From a virus (lineage: Duplodnaviria; Caudoviricetes), in the IMG/VR virus record IMGVR_UViG_3300021431_000003, positions 32,001-96,000 of that record: a stretch of 64,000 nucleotides of DNA; one strand, 5' to 3'. Positions 25,434-36,337 of this stretch are shown piece after piece. Under the pieces are notes generated by a model. The model was not told where the DNA came from. It did not search any database and saw only the letters and a program-made list of their open reading frames with translations. How positions within the stretch are numbered: the stretch's first letter is position 1; every line of letters begins with the position of its first letter. The translations under genes and the position numbers were made by a program.

Positions 25434-26807
25434 GTGGAGATAAAACCGATTAATGAATTTAAAAATAAGAATAATTTCAGTGATGGATTAAGTTTCATGG
25501 ATGCTTATCATTCTGAAACAAATCCTGATATAATTAGCAAGTTAACTGGAGAAACTTATCTTCAGGTAAGAGCTAACAATGGTTCTGGTGAAGGTACACC
25601 AGTTGATAATGAGCATCTTATTAATGTAAGAGATCCAGAAAAGTTATCCCAGCATCAAATAATGGATAAATATACACGCAATGTTTCATATGCGAATAAT
25701 TATATTGAAACATCTACAACTGGACAATATTCTTCTGACAATTATAAAAATGGAGATGCTATTAAAGTTACTAAAGATGAGTATGCAAATTTCCTTAAGG
25801 GTTCTACAATGCCATCAGACCCAGAGGATATGTATAGAAATCGTTTCAGTAGATTTAGCCGATACGGATATATTGATGCAGCTAACGAGTTTATTACTGG
25901 AACGAGAGAATATATATTTTTTTCTAAACCAGATTTACATCTTATAGGTGGTGGTAATAGTATTTATGCACCTTTAATGACTAACTCTTTTTTAATGGAA
26001 GCTTTCAACCATTATCGTTATAGCTTTTATTCACTACAACAAACTTTTCCCGATGGAGGTAATTATTTACCTGGTCAAATTGGTGTAATGAACGCTAATT
26101 CACCATCAAAATTTGACCCACATTGTAAGTATATACCACTGTTATCTAATATGGTAACTAGTACATTAGATTTGAGCGATATTACTGCTTCCGATGTAGA
26201 GAATAATAGAAACTTATATCAGATTAATACAACTTATAGAGAAGGTTCGTTAGCATCTGATTTACAGTATGATTTTTCTCTTGAATTTAAAGATACTAAG
26301 TATCTTGACGTATATATGCTCTTTAAGATTTATGATGAGTATTGTAGACATAAATATTATGCTGATATAGAACCTGCCAAAGAAGACTATATTATTAATA
26401 GAATATATCCAGAAGCTATATCTATATGGAAAGTTATAGTAGATGATACAGATAGAATTGTTTATTGGGCTAAAGCTATTGGATGTACTCCAATGTCTGT
26501 ACCTAGAGGTTCACTATCTAATTTTGAAAATCAGATTAAATTTACTATAAACTGGAAAGCACAATTTGTAAAAGATATGGATCCAATAAATTTGATGGAG
26601 TTAAACCATCTAACAGAATTATCTATGCATGATAATAGGCCGTCTTCTTTTGCTCTTCCATCTGCTGGAGAGACTTGGGTTGGTTATCCATATGTAATTA
26701 AAGATGCAGGGCCTAATGGTAATTTTAGAACACATGCTAGAACTGGTGATAATGGTAATGGTAGAACAACGCCAGATAGTTTTTATAAATTAGTATGGGC
26801 ATCTTAA
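25434..26807 (+). CDS. Tail-tube-like / baseplate tube-initiator protein
   Basis: GTG start after AGGAGG; late promoter 25393-25406; YDFSLEFKDT...W-x-x-x-G-x-x-P-x-S-V pattern resembles gp19/gp54 tube folds; directly precedes the wedge gene. Confidence 0.5.
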   Translation: MEIKPINEFKNKNNFSDGLSFMDAYHSETNPDIISKLTGETYLQVRANNGSGEGTPVDNEHLINVRDPEKLSQHQIMDKYTRNVSYANNYIETSTTGQYSSDNYKNGDAIKVTKDEYANFLKGSTMPSDPEDMYRNRFSRFSRYGYIDAANEFITGTREYIFFSKPDLHLIGGGNSIYAPLMTNSFLMEAFNHYRYSFYSLQQTFPDGGNYLPGQIGVMNANSPSKFDPHCKYIPLLSNMVTSTLDLSDITASDVENNRNLYQINTTYREGSLASDLQYDFSLEFKDTKYLDVYMLFKIYDEYCRHKYYADIEPAKEDYIINRIYPEAISIWKVIVDDTDRIVYWAKAIGCTPMSVPRGSLSNFENQIKFTINWKAQFVKDMDPINLMELNHLTELSMHDNRPSSFALPSAGETWVGYPYVIKDAGPNGNFRTHARTGDNGNGRTTPDSFYKLVWAS

Positions 26808-26823
26808 GTAAAGGAGGGAAACT

Positions 26824-29800
26824 ATGTCTATTAAGAAGACAACCGAAACTACATCAAGTAAGATTCTTAATTCTGATATCTATGACATAACTCGATTTGT
26901 CGATGATATTAAAAAGAAGAATATAGATGGTGTAGATGGAAGTAAAGAAACTTTGTTGGTAGGAATGTATGGTTATCTTGGATACCAGTTTGCTTCTTTA
27001 TTACAGAATTCTATTGTAACAGCATCTGAATTATCTAATGAGGCTATTCCTACAAGAGCAAAGTTTGATAGAAATGTAATTACACATGCTTTATCTCTTG
27101 GTGTAAAGAAAGTAGCTGCTACTGCTGCTAATATGAAAGTATTACTTATGTTTCCAGAAAGAGCTCTTAGAGCTAATATGATTGATGGTAAGTTTACTTT
27201 CAAAGCTTCTACACCATTAAACTTTGACGAGTTTGAATTTCATACAGATTATGATATTGAGATTAACTATGTAAATCTCACAGATGTTACTAATGGTAGT
27301 CAGAGAAATTATGTATATACTGCTAAGTATATTATGGATAATACTAATCCAATCTCTGATATCGATAATCCTTTCTTACCTCCAATTGCAGTATTCAATT
27401 ATGTGGAAGATAATATGGTTGTATTAGTAACTAATCTACATCAGGTATATTATAGAGAAATCAATGAGAAGATTCTTAGTTCTGATGTAATTGCTAATAA
27501 AACCATTAGCTTTTCATTTGAAAAACAGATGAGTCATTTTATTGTAAAGGTACAAGAACCATCTGATTCAGAAAATGGAGAAGGAAAAGAAGTAACTCTT
27601 ATTCCAGTATATGATGGTTTGTACAATCAAGAGATTGCAAGTCAGAAATATTGTTATTATCAATATATCAATCCTAATACTATACGTATTAGATTTGATC
27701 CTACAAACTATCAACCACCTGCAAACTCGGATATTACAATCGAGTTATATACTACTGATGGTACTGGTGGTAATTTTGAATATAGTGAAGAAAAGACTAT
27801 TAGACTTACATCTGACCAATACACTAATCTATATTGTATTGTAGCTCAGAGAGGAGAAGATGGTTCTTGTGGTGGTTTAGATAGACAGTCTATTGAACAA
27901 TTACAGCATATCATTCCTAAAGAGGCATTATCTAGAGGTAGTATCACAACTCTTACTGATCTTAGAAACTTTTTTAATAGTCTTAATAATGAAAACTCTG
28001 TTCTTCATGTATTTAGAAAAGAAGATAATATCTTAGACCGTGTATATTACGTATACAATCTAATGAAAGATAGCGAACGTAATATAGTACCAACAAATAC
28101 AATTCCAATCTATCTTGAAAATACTAGAATGGATGATGTGAATGGTAAGATTTATCTTGAGTCTGGAACACCAATTTTCTATTATAAGTTTGGTGATGGT
28201 GCAGATATAAGTCTTATTAGAGATAATTATATTGGATATCTAGAACAAAAGATTGCTAATGCAGAAACCAACTATAGTTTCTATAATGGTAATGAATACA
28301 CTACTTATCAAGGTACGCCTACAGAAGCAACACTTGATACATGGTATGAAAACTATAGATATTCGTTTGATGTAAATAAAGATATGGGGGATGATTATAA
28401 ATTATCTGACCCTAAGCCACCAAATTCTTATGATTTCTTTGATAAAGCATCTGTATATTTTAAAATATATTGGTCTGATTCATTAAATTCTATGATTCCA
28501 GATAATTCTAATGGTGTATATGATAAGTGGTATTTCGGTACTTGTAATTCATGTTATCTTAACAGAGCTAGAATTAAATTAGGTAAATCAGAGGGAGCTA
28601 ATATTAGTATTATTGAAATCATGAAAGCTCAAATGAGTAATATTGATATAGATGGTAATTATCTTACAGATTTTGAACTAGAATTTACTGAGAAAAATGG
28701 AAGCTCTACTATAGTAACCCACTATCCGATGAGAACTGAAGATACAGTAAATCCAGCTGATGATAAAGGATGGATTACTGAAGAAACAGGAACTAAAGAA
28801 TTTGATATTGATGGTAATATAATATCTGTATCGTATAAATATCCAGTTTCTGTAAATTCTAATATATCAGGAGTTAATTTCTACAGATGTCATAAAAGAT
28901 TATCTGATGGAACTTTAACTTTTGTAGATGACAAATGTATTTTCCCGTTAAAATTCGTACCATCTTCAAGTCAATCTACATTAAGTGATTCTGATATCTA
29001 TGTATATGCGTGGCTAGTCAATATTTCATTCTATGATGAAAGTAAATCGTTTAGTATTGTATATATGAGAAGCTCAGAATCTGTATCTAGACCATTTATT
29101 GTTCCAGATTATATTACAAATCTTAGTAATATTTCTGAAATTGATAGAAAACAATATATAGAAAGATTCTGGAATGTATTTGCAAATTATATCAATCCAG
29201 GTTCTCATAATATTCACGATTATCTGATTCTAAGTTCTATTAATACAATTGATGTGTATTCGTATGATGGACAACAGAATCATAGTTTTGCAGATTTAAA
29301 TCTTGCTGAAGGAGACTTAATAAGATTTGATACTTATAGAAGTCGTAGTGGTGAAGAAACTGATAAGTTTGTATATACAGACCCATCTACATGGACACTA
29401 GGAGAAGTGTTATCTATAGAAAGAAATAATGGTCGTATTGTAAGTATAGAAGTCTTAGTAAAAGATGAAGAGCTGGGCGATTTCAATACTTATAGATACA
29501 GATTACCTGTACCTGGTGAAACTGATTCTACTCAAAGCAGAATTCCTATTGATAGCTCTTGTATCATTATTCTATCCAAGATTTCTAAGTTCTTATATAC
29601 TACACCATTAAGTATTATCTTAGAAGATGATCCTACTATTAATACACATAGAATTACTGCATCTTATTATCTCGATATTATTGATGAAGTAAGATATCAA
29701 GAGTTTGATTGTATTAATAGTAAATCTCCAATCCAGTTCATCTTATCTTCTATTCATACTTATAGAAGCTCTTATCTATCTGATAATAGATATAAGTATA

Positions 29801-31248
29801 CTATTAGTATTAATATTAAACCTAATACTGGTATTGTAGATGAGAATATGATTAATAGAACACAAGTAATTGGTGTATTCTATAAGAAAGGTACTGATGA
29901 AAATTCTGAAGCACGACCAATTATGTATTCTATTGCTAAATATAAAGGTCTTACTAATTCTTATATTGATGAGAATGGTAATGAAGTAACAGAAGATGTA
30001 ATCGCAGATGAAGATGGTATTCATTATGAGATTACTCTGTTTACTAGACCATTTTCTACATCTGATAAAACTGATATTAGTGATGATAATTACAGAGTTG
30101 ATATTATTGATGATAACAACAATGTATATATTGGTTCTAAGAAGATTGTAGAAGATATAAGAGCGCAATACGGCGGAGATTCTCAAGAAGCGGTTGAAGA
30201 ATTCTTTAAACAATACAAGATGTTTAATGCTGATGCTAATTTACCTAGACCATTAGGTATAGATGATTTACCATCTGACTTTAATCTTGATACATTAAGT
30301 CAAGCATATGTAAATACAATATATCTTAATATCAATACAGAGCTTAAGATATATATTCTATATAAATATGATGCAAACCCAGCCAAGTATACAGATGGTT
30401 TATCTAGAGAATTCCTTGCTGTTAATACAGCCAATGCTGATGCATTATATAACTCTGTATCTCAGAATACCAAGTTTACTCAAACTATTCCAGTAGAACA
30501 AGAAGACCCAGGTTATGTACCAGATTATACTTTAAAGGATATGGTTCTTACTAATGTATATAACACATATCAAGGCATTAATCTTATTCATGACTATTCT
30601 AATATCATGAACTCTTATGTAACTGCGATTAAGACTAATGATATCTTTAATCCAGATCAAAAGGATAGTATCGAATCTTATATTGTAAATAGAGTTCCTT
30701 GTGTTAGATACTTCTATTGGAATACAGAAGAAAGAGTACTTACTTTCTTAAAAGATATGAAGGCTAAGATTAACTATGTTCTTGATGCTATTGCACCATT
30801 AGAGTGTACATTTGGATTAGACTATAAATTCTTCAATACTTATGGTCCTTCTAATATGTATCATCTTACTGATGATGATGGTGATGTAACTGACTTGATT
30901 GATAATGTGGCACTTACTATGACATTTAGAGCTAAATTCTATAATGAAGATAGTGATGCTGCATCTATGCTTGACCCTATTGCAAATACTATCAAGGATT
31001 ATTTAGAGAATCTTGACCAACTTGATGATATTCATTTCCCAAATATTACAACTCTTATTGAGTCTGAATATTCAGAATATCTAATCTACTTTGAGTTTGT
31101 ATCGTTTAATATTTACGATGCTACTACTCAGCATATTATTACAAATGAAAATATGGAAATGTTATCCATGGTACCAGAATTCCTTCATGTAGATACAAAT
31201 GACTGGAATGGTAAGCCATATATTAACATACGCATCGTCACATCTTAA
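26824..31248 (+). CDS. Baseplate wedge subunit (T4 gp6/baseplate-J-like) with large insertions
   Basis: NEAIPTRAK...VITHALSLG, YTTDGTGGN and GGLDRQSIEQL...ITTLTDL motifs typical of gp6-like proteins. Confidence 0.7.
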   Translation: MSIKKTTETTSSKILNSDIYDITRFVDDIKKKNIDGVDGSKETLLVGMYGYLGYQFASLLQNSIVTASELSNEAIPTRAKFDRNVITHALSLGVKKVAATAANMKVLLMFPERALRANMIDGKFTFKASTPLNFDEFEFHTDYDIEINYVNLTDVTNGSQRNYVYTAKYIMDNTNPISDIDNPFLPPIAVFNYVEDNMVVLVTNLHQVYYREINEKILSSDVIANKTISFSFEKQMSHFIVKVQEPSDSENGEGKEVTLIPVYDGLYNQEIASQKYCYYQYINPNTIRIRFDPTNYQPPANSDITIELYTTDGTGGNFEYSEEKTIRLTSDQYTNLYCIVAQRGEDGSCGGLDRQSIEQLQHIIPKEALSRGSITTLTDLRNFFNSLNNENSVLHVFRKEDNILDRVYYVYNLMKDSERNIVPTNTIPIYLENTRMDDVNGKIYLESGTPIFYYKFGDGADISLIRDNYIGYLEQKIANAETNYSFYNGNEYTTYQGTPTEATLDTWYENYRYSFDVNKDMGDDYKLSDPKPPNSYDFFDKASVYFKIYWSDSLNSMIPDNSNGVYDKWYFGTCNSCYLNRARIKLGKSEGANISIIEIMKAQMSNIDIDGNYLTDFELEFTEKNGSSTIVTHYPMRTEDTVNPADDKGWITEETGTKEFDIDGNIISVSYKYPVSVNSNISGVNFYRCHKRLSDGTLTFVDDKCIFPLKFVPSSSQSTLSDSDIYVYAWLVNISFYDESKSFSIVYMRSSESVSRPFIVPDYITNLSNISEIDRKQYIERFWNVFANYINPGSHNIHDYLILSSINTIDVYSYDGQQNHSFADLNLAEGDLIRFDTYRSRSGEETDKFVYTDPSTWTLGEVLSIERNNGRIVSIEVLVKDEELGDFNTYRYRLPVPGETDSTQSRIPIDSSCIIILSKISKFLYTTPLSIILEDDPTINTHRITASYYLDIIDEVRYQEFDCINSKSPIQFILSSIHTYRSSYLSDNRYKYTISINIKPNTGIVDENMINRTQVIGVFYKKGTDENSEARPIMYSIAKYKGLTNSYIDENGNEVTEDVIADEDGIHYEITLFTRPFSTSDKTDISDDNYRVDIIDDNNNVYIGSKKIVEDIRAQYGGDSQEAVEEFFKQYKMFNADANLPRPLGIDDLPSDFNLDTLSQAYVNTIYLNINTELKIYILYKYDANPAKYTDGLSREFLAVNTANADALYNSVSQNTKFTQTIPVEQEDPGYVPDYTLKDMVLTNVYNTYQGINLIHDYSNIMNSYVTAIKTNDIFNPDQKDSIESYIVNRVPCVRYFYWNTEERVLTFLKDMKAKINYVLDAIAPLECTFGLDYKFFNTYGPSNMYHLTDDDGDVTDLIDNVALTMTFRAKFYNEDSDAASMLDPIANTIKDYLENLDQLDDIHFPNITTLIESEYSEYLIYFEFVSFNIYDATTQHIITNENMEMLSMVPEFLHVDTNDWNGKPYINIRIVTS

Positions 31249-31286
31249 ACATACTAGTAAAATAGTAACTCAAAGGAGGTTATATT

Positions 31287-32249
31287 ATGGATTATGAAGA
31301 GATTATGCTCATGAGAGAAAATAGAGTTAAGAAGGATTCTCAAGCTGCTATTCGTGAGCATGTTGAGAGACGTAATACAATTTCTGAAGAAACTGATAGA
31401 AATGCAATTTGGAATAAGATTGCTTCTCTTGGTTCTAAGGATTATGATTATATTGACTTTAAGAAGAAGGTTACAGATGCTTTCCTTGTAGAAGGTCTTA
31501 CTATTCTTGTAGATAACTGTGTAGACCCTATTCTTATTAAGGAAGAATATAATCAGAAGCTTGTTCGTCAGCTTGTATCTGCATTTGTAAACGAGAACGG
31601 TTCTACAAACCTTCTCAATAAGATGAAGAAGACATCTTATCTTATGTCAGAAATGGCATATATTACAGAGTGTACAATTCAGTCTGTTCTTGAGAAAGCT
31701 GATAAGAATAACACGGAGACATTTAAGATTGAGCAGAAAGATAAGGACGAATTTTATAAGAAGCTTAGTAAGGTTGACGTAGACGAATCTATTGATAAGA
31801 TTACTTCTAGAGTCAAGGGACAAGTGAATGAATTCGTTACTAATAACATGGAAGAAAAAGCTCAACTTGGTGAAGCACTTAAGAAGACTGAGAAGAAAGT
31901 TGCTGATACTAAGGAAAAGCTTAAAGAAAAATCTAATGATGAGAGGGCTAAAGACCAGGCTCAGAAGATTGAAGAGGGATACATTGAACTCGGTAAACGT
32001 AGAGCTGTAGATATTCGTGAGAATAGAACTAAGAATGTATTTGAGCATATGGTTTATAATCTTGCGAAGACAGCTATGCTTAATGAATCTGCTGGTCATG
32101 TATTTATTAAGGATTCTAGACTTGATATGGATAAGATTGTTGAGCATTGTGAAGTACTCTGTACTTTCATTACTACACTTGATAGTACAAAGCTTATTAA
32201 TCTTGACGAGTCTTATATTGACCAGATGCTTAGAGATATGAAAAACTAA
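31287..32249 (+). CDS. Helical late protein, probably head-associated
   Basis: Late promoter 31248-31261; MREN, IEEG, LNES and LDES motifs; coiled-coil centre. Confidence 0.5.
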   Translation: MDYEEIMLMRENRVKKDSQAAIREHVERRNTISEETDRNAIWNKIASLGSKDYDYIDFKKKVTDAFLVEGLTILVDNCVDPILIKEEYNQKLVRQLVSAFVNENGSTNLLNKMKKTSYLMSEMAYITECTIQSVLEKADKNNTETFKIEQKDKDEFYKKLSKVDVDESIDKITSRVKGQVNEFVTNNMEEKAQLGEALKKTEKKVADTKEKLKEKSNDERAKDQAQKIEEGYIELGKRRAVDIRENRTKNVFEHMVYNLAKTAMLNESAGHVFIKDSRLDMDKIVEHCEVLCTFITTLDSTKLINLDESYIDQMLRDMKN

Positions 32250-32256
32250 ACAAAAA

Positions 32257-32290
32257 ATAAGGGCGCTGTCAGAGAGCGCCCTTATATTTT
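32257..32290. terminator. Bidirectional terminator
   Basis: ATAAGGGCGCT / AGCGCCCTTAT stem with A- and T-tracts on either side. Confidence 0.8.
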
Positions 32291-32581
32291 ATTCCGAAAA
32301 CAAAAACATTTTCACCTCCTTATAATATTTTGAGCATTTCCTCGTCCATCGGAATGTCCAAATAATTTATTTTTCTAGTGGAAGTTAAACCACCAGAATT
32401 GGTCATTGTCCTTGATGACAATTAAACGTACGTTGTCGTTAGTAGTCATTTCTTTTCTTATTATCATATTAATATCTCCTCTCAGAAGTTTTAGAATAGC
32501 ATCCGACCTCTACTATTCACTATAATAATATATGTCTATTAAACAAAAGTTTTGCAGGCTACCTCGTAGGTAGCCTGCTTT

Positions 32582-32965
32582 TTATAACGTTACTTCAGCT
32601 CTAGTCTCTGTATTTAGAATAAGACTAAATAGCATATTTGTTCTTGCACTACAAATCTCATATTCAGTTTTAGTAAGTTTACCTAACTTATACATTTCAG
32701 ATACAAAATCCTCAAATGCAATAGTTAGTATACTGTTTATTTCAATATTACTAATAGGCTTCAATAAATCAATACTAAACTTTAATTCATTAAATTTAAA
32801 ATCTAACCGATTCACAGAGTTTGGTTCTACATTTCCAAATGCGCCATATATACATCTAGCAAGTATATTATTATATTCAAATTCAGAATATGCTGTTTCC
32901 CATAACTTTTTTCTTATATCTGTAATATCATTTACATAAGATACCCTCAAATTATTAGATTCCAT
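32582..32965 (-). CDS. Hypothetical protein
   Basis: 127-aa ORF, GAGGAG RBS, followed by the terminator at 32554-32578. Confidence 0.65.
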   Translation of the reverse strand: MESNNLRVSYVNDITDIRKKLWETAYSEFEYNNILARCIYGAFGNVEPNSVNRLDFKFNELKFSIDLLKPISNIEINSILTIAFEDFVSEMYKLGKLTKTEYEICSARTNMLFSLILNTETRAEVTL

Positions 32966-32978
32966 ATCTATACTCCTC

Positions 32979-33680
32979 TCAAATATATTTAAGATTCATG
33001 TTTTCTTCATAATCCTTACGACTAATTATATTCTGATATTGTTGTTTACAGTATACTGCATTTAGATAAGATAAATCAATCTCTACTCTAGGTAATATAG
33101 AATAGAATTTATCTACAACTCCTCTTATAGTAAGAGCATCATCAACCCAAATATTACTATTATACATATCAGAATATAGCTTACCTATATTATCCCAGTC
33201 TGGTTTTACTAAAGGACGATTAAGTCCAAGTTCTGCCATGAAAGTTTCTTGTCTATTATAAGATTTTGGAGTTGGAAAGTAAGCTCTAAAATGTACATCA
33301 CATGGAGTACATATAAGATGATTAAGTTGTACTATCTCATTATCAACAAGTCTTTTCATATACTCATGATTTTGTGCTGCACCAGGAGAATATACATGAA
33401 TGAATCCTGGATCTGTAATAGCTGCATTAATAAGATTGCTTCTATTAACAAATCTATATCTAGGTCGCTTAGCACCTTCTGGAATAACATTTAATATAAC
33501 TCTTATAGTAGTATAATATAGATTATTTAAACGTCTGTCTCTTTCATGCAATATATCTATCATCTCATCATAGGAGATGTTATATATAGTACACATATAG
33601 TCAAGTCTTTCTTTATAGTCTAATGGTATATGACCGTACTTAGACTGGTATTCATTTAGTTTCTGTTTTATACTTGCCAT
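32979..33680 (-). CDS. rusA: RusA-family Holliday junction resolvase with N-terminal extension
   Basis: PEGAKRPR, KPDWDNIGK and IWVDDA catalytic pattern; late promoter 33707-33719. Confidence 0.82.
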   Translation of the reverse strand: MASIKQKLNEYQSKYGHIPLDYKERLDYMCTIYNISYDEMIDILHERDRRLNNLYYTTIRVILNVIPEGAKRPRYRFVNRSNLINAAITDPGFIHVYSPGAAQNHEYMKRLVDNEIVQLNHLICTPCDVHFRAYFPTPKSYNRQETFMAELGLNRPLVKPDWDNIGKLYSDMYNSNIWVDDALTIRGVVDKFYSILPRVEIDLSYLNAVYCKQQYQNIISRKDYEENMNLKYI

Positions 33681-33842
33681 AGTGCTCATCACCTCCAATC
33701 ATTCGTTTACTTAACTGTTCGGAAATGGGTATTTTGGAAAAGAAAGGTACCAGTACCCTTTAGAGGTACTGGTTTTCGTAGTTATGACCTTTCTAAAAAT
33801 TAAAGAGGGTGATGAACTGCTTAATATCAGCTCAATTATATG

Positions 33843-36251
33843 TTATAATCCCCATAAAGAATTATACATATTAAGGCCCATATTTCTAAGAGAAGAACCA
33901 ATATTCATACTCATATTAGGTAAGAAGTCGGTGATTCTATCTTTTAGATTAAAAGTAGCCCACAATGTAACCATTCTAAATAAGTCAGGTTCATTAATAT
34001 TGATACCACATAAATTAGCAATATAATCCATTTCAGATACATTCTGTAATGTAGTACCTTTAAACATTGCACCTAAACTAGTCATTCCCATACCAGTATA
34101 TAAGTCTTGGATAGAGAAAGTTACGTCTACTACAGTAGGTAATCCATCTTTAGTCCACGAACCTTCTTTACCTCTATTAAATGACATCTCTGTAATAATA
34201 CCCATATCTATATTAAACATACCTCTATAAAATGCTTTAATTAGAAATGGTGTAGTATAAGAGTTTACATATTCTGAACGAGGTAATACAAGTGCCATAA
34301 GATGACATAGTGGTACATAGATATTTAGCCACCAAGAAAATTTATCATAGCTTGGAGTTGTTAATTTAATAGATATATTATATGATTTGGTAAACTGACT
34401 ATTAGACCATATTTGCGGGAATAGTAAACGTCCACCAGATACAATAGTTTTTACAGAGTTAGCAATAGTAGTAAATATAGAATTACCTCCTGCGACTTTA
34501 CTTACTATATTATTAATCTGCTCTTTAATATCAGTTAATGTACCATCTACTTTATCAAATGCCTCTCCAACTGCATTTGATGCGGTACCTAGTAAGAATT
34601 GAATTTCTCTTGCTCTATCAGAAAGAGCATTGATTGTAGATGATAAGGAAGACTCTGTTGTTTCATTAGAGAAGGAGTCTTGAAAAGATGCCTCTGAATT
34701 AATATAAAACGGAATTGCATTACCGTAATATACAGCTTGTTGGAAATCTTTAAAAGAACCTTCTTCTGGTTCTTCAAAGACATTATCTCTTTCTTCCCAA
34801 TTATATTTACTCTTAATTTCTTCTTCAGGTTCTGTTCCATCTGTAGTCTCTTCAGGAGTTTCAGCTTCTTCAACATCTTCTGCAGCTTGGTCTCCCAATA
34901 TTGTATCCTCTTCTTCTATATAAGGTGTATAATCTTGTCCTTTATAAATACCCCAATGAAATACATCAAGTGTTTTTCCATTAAGTCTTTTATTTTTAGC
35001 ATCATCTGCATTTCCAGCAAGTCCTAAGAAGATTGCGCCAGCTCTACACATAGGATTAACATAATTAAAATATTCTGCATATGCTGGCATAATTGTATAT
35101 AGTTTACCATTATAATCTTCTAGCATAGCTCTAAGTGAGTTCTCTGATATATCTTTATCTACATAAGCTTCATCTAATTGACTTATTAAAGCAGTTCTAG
35201 CATTTTCAGATGAACCTCCCATAAAGGATGTATTACCTGGAGTTATAAATAACAGTGGCATTCTAGATAGGATTTTTTCTGTAAATTCATAACCAGCCAA
35301 CTCTAGATTTTCACTAAATCTTGCCGATGTAGAACCACTGCTACTATTATTACCTGGAATAATTCTACAGTCTGTTGTAGGTAAGAATTGATATGGTGCA
35401 CCAAATATATTTCTAAGATTCTTATAGTTTATACCATTAACTGCTGTACTGTTTTTATACGCTTCAATAGCATCTGCTGGTCCAGTCATAACATAATTAC
35501 CGTTAGTATCTGTTTTATACATAATATTACCAGCTTCATCTACAGCGACATTTCCATCATCATCAAATAGTACTTGCCTAAATCTTGCTAAATGTTGTCC
35601 GATATTATAGAAGAATGTAGGAGCTACTTTTAATGAAAATTCATCAGTTACATCTAAGTCACCATCCGATATACCAGCACCAATATTAGCTGCTGCAATA
35701 AGAGTAGAATTGACTGCATCATTAGCCATAGCTTCTTGTGTTTTATCTAATTCTGTAGTATCATCTATATATTTCTCTAATATTCTAGTTTCATCTAATG
35801 TTCCACCTGGATTTAGATTTTCATATTTTATTGCACTTATACCAGATAAATAACTTGAGCTAGACGATATAGCTTTTGGTGGACCTGATTTAGTATTAAG
35901 CCATCCTATTTTATTACTTGAAGATGTACTAAAATATAAAGCATTAGAACTTCCTATATTTACCTTATAATTAGCATATCTCATATATACAATATTAGAA
36001 CCTACCGTTATACCTAAAATAATACCATCTGCTGTATTTGCTGATATACTGGCTATTTTAGCACAAGTATGTTCTTTTATTTGATACGCTCTTTTATCAC
36101 GTGATAATGATTTATCTGAATATAATATTACATTACTCATAAATATAATAAATGCAATACCTACATCACCTACAACCATTCTATTACATAATAAATTACC
36201 ATTTTTCTTATCATGGTCTGTATTTACAGCATATAATGTCGATTGTCCCAT
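33843..36251 (-). CDS. Baseplate/tail structural protein with a C-terminal tube-like domain
   Basis: KSYNISIKL...GIITEMSF...GLPTVVDVTFSIQDL resembles gp48/CIS tube-like domains; downstream of the tape measure gene; late promoter 36279-36291. Confidence 0.5.
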   Translation of the reverse strand: MGQSTLYAVNTDHDKKNGNLLCNRMVVGDVGIAFIIFMSNVILYSDKSLSRDKRAYQIKEHTCAKIASISANTADGIILGITVGSNIVYMRYANYKVNIGSSNALYFSTSSSNKIGWLNTKSGPPKAISSSSSYLSGISAIKYENLNPGGTLDETRILEKYIDDTTELDKTQEAMANDAVNSTLIAAANIGAGISDGDLDVTDEFSLKVAPTFFYNIGQHLARFRQVLFDDDGNVAVDEAGNIMYKTDTNGNYVMTGPADAIEAYKNSTAVNGINYKNLRNIFGAPYQFLPTTDCRIIPGNNSSSGSTSARFSENLELAGYEFTEKILSRMPLLFITPGNTSFMGGSSENARTALISQLDEAYVDKDISENSLRAMLEDYNGKLYTIMPAYAEYFNYVNPMCRAGAIFLGLAGNADDAKNKRLNGKTLDVFHWGIYKGQDYTPYIEEEDTILGDQAAEDVEEAETPEETTDGTEPEEEIKSKYNWEERDNVFEEPEEGSFKDFQQAVYYGNAIPFYINSEASFQDSFSNETTESSLSSTINALSDRAREIQFLLGTASNAVGEAFDKVDGTLTDIKEQINNIVSKVAGGNSIFTTIANSVKTIVSGGRLLFPQIWSNSQFTKSYNISIKLTTPSYDKFSWWLNIYVPLCHLMALVLPRSEYVNSYTTPFLIKAFYRGMFNIDMGIITEMSFNRGKEGSWTKDGLPTVVDVTFSIQDLYTGMGMTSLGAMFKGTTLQNVSEMDYIANLCGININEPDLFRMVTLWATFNLKDRITDFLPNMSMNIGSSLRNMGLNMYNSLWGL

Positions 36252-36337
36252 CTGTATACCTCCTTTATAGAGTAAATATTATTCATATGTTCTAGACATA
36301 AAAATATGAGGGTTGGACGAATCCAACCCTCATTTGT

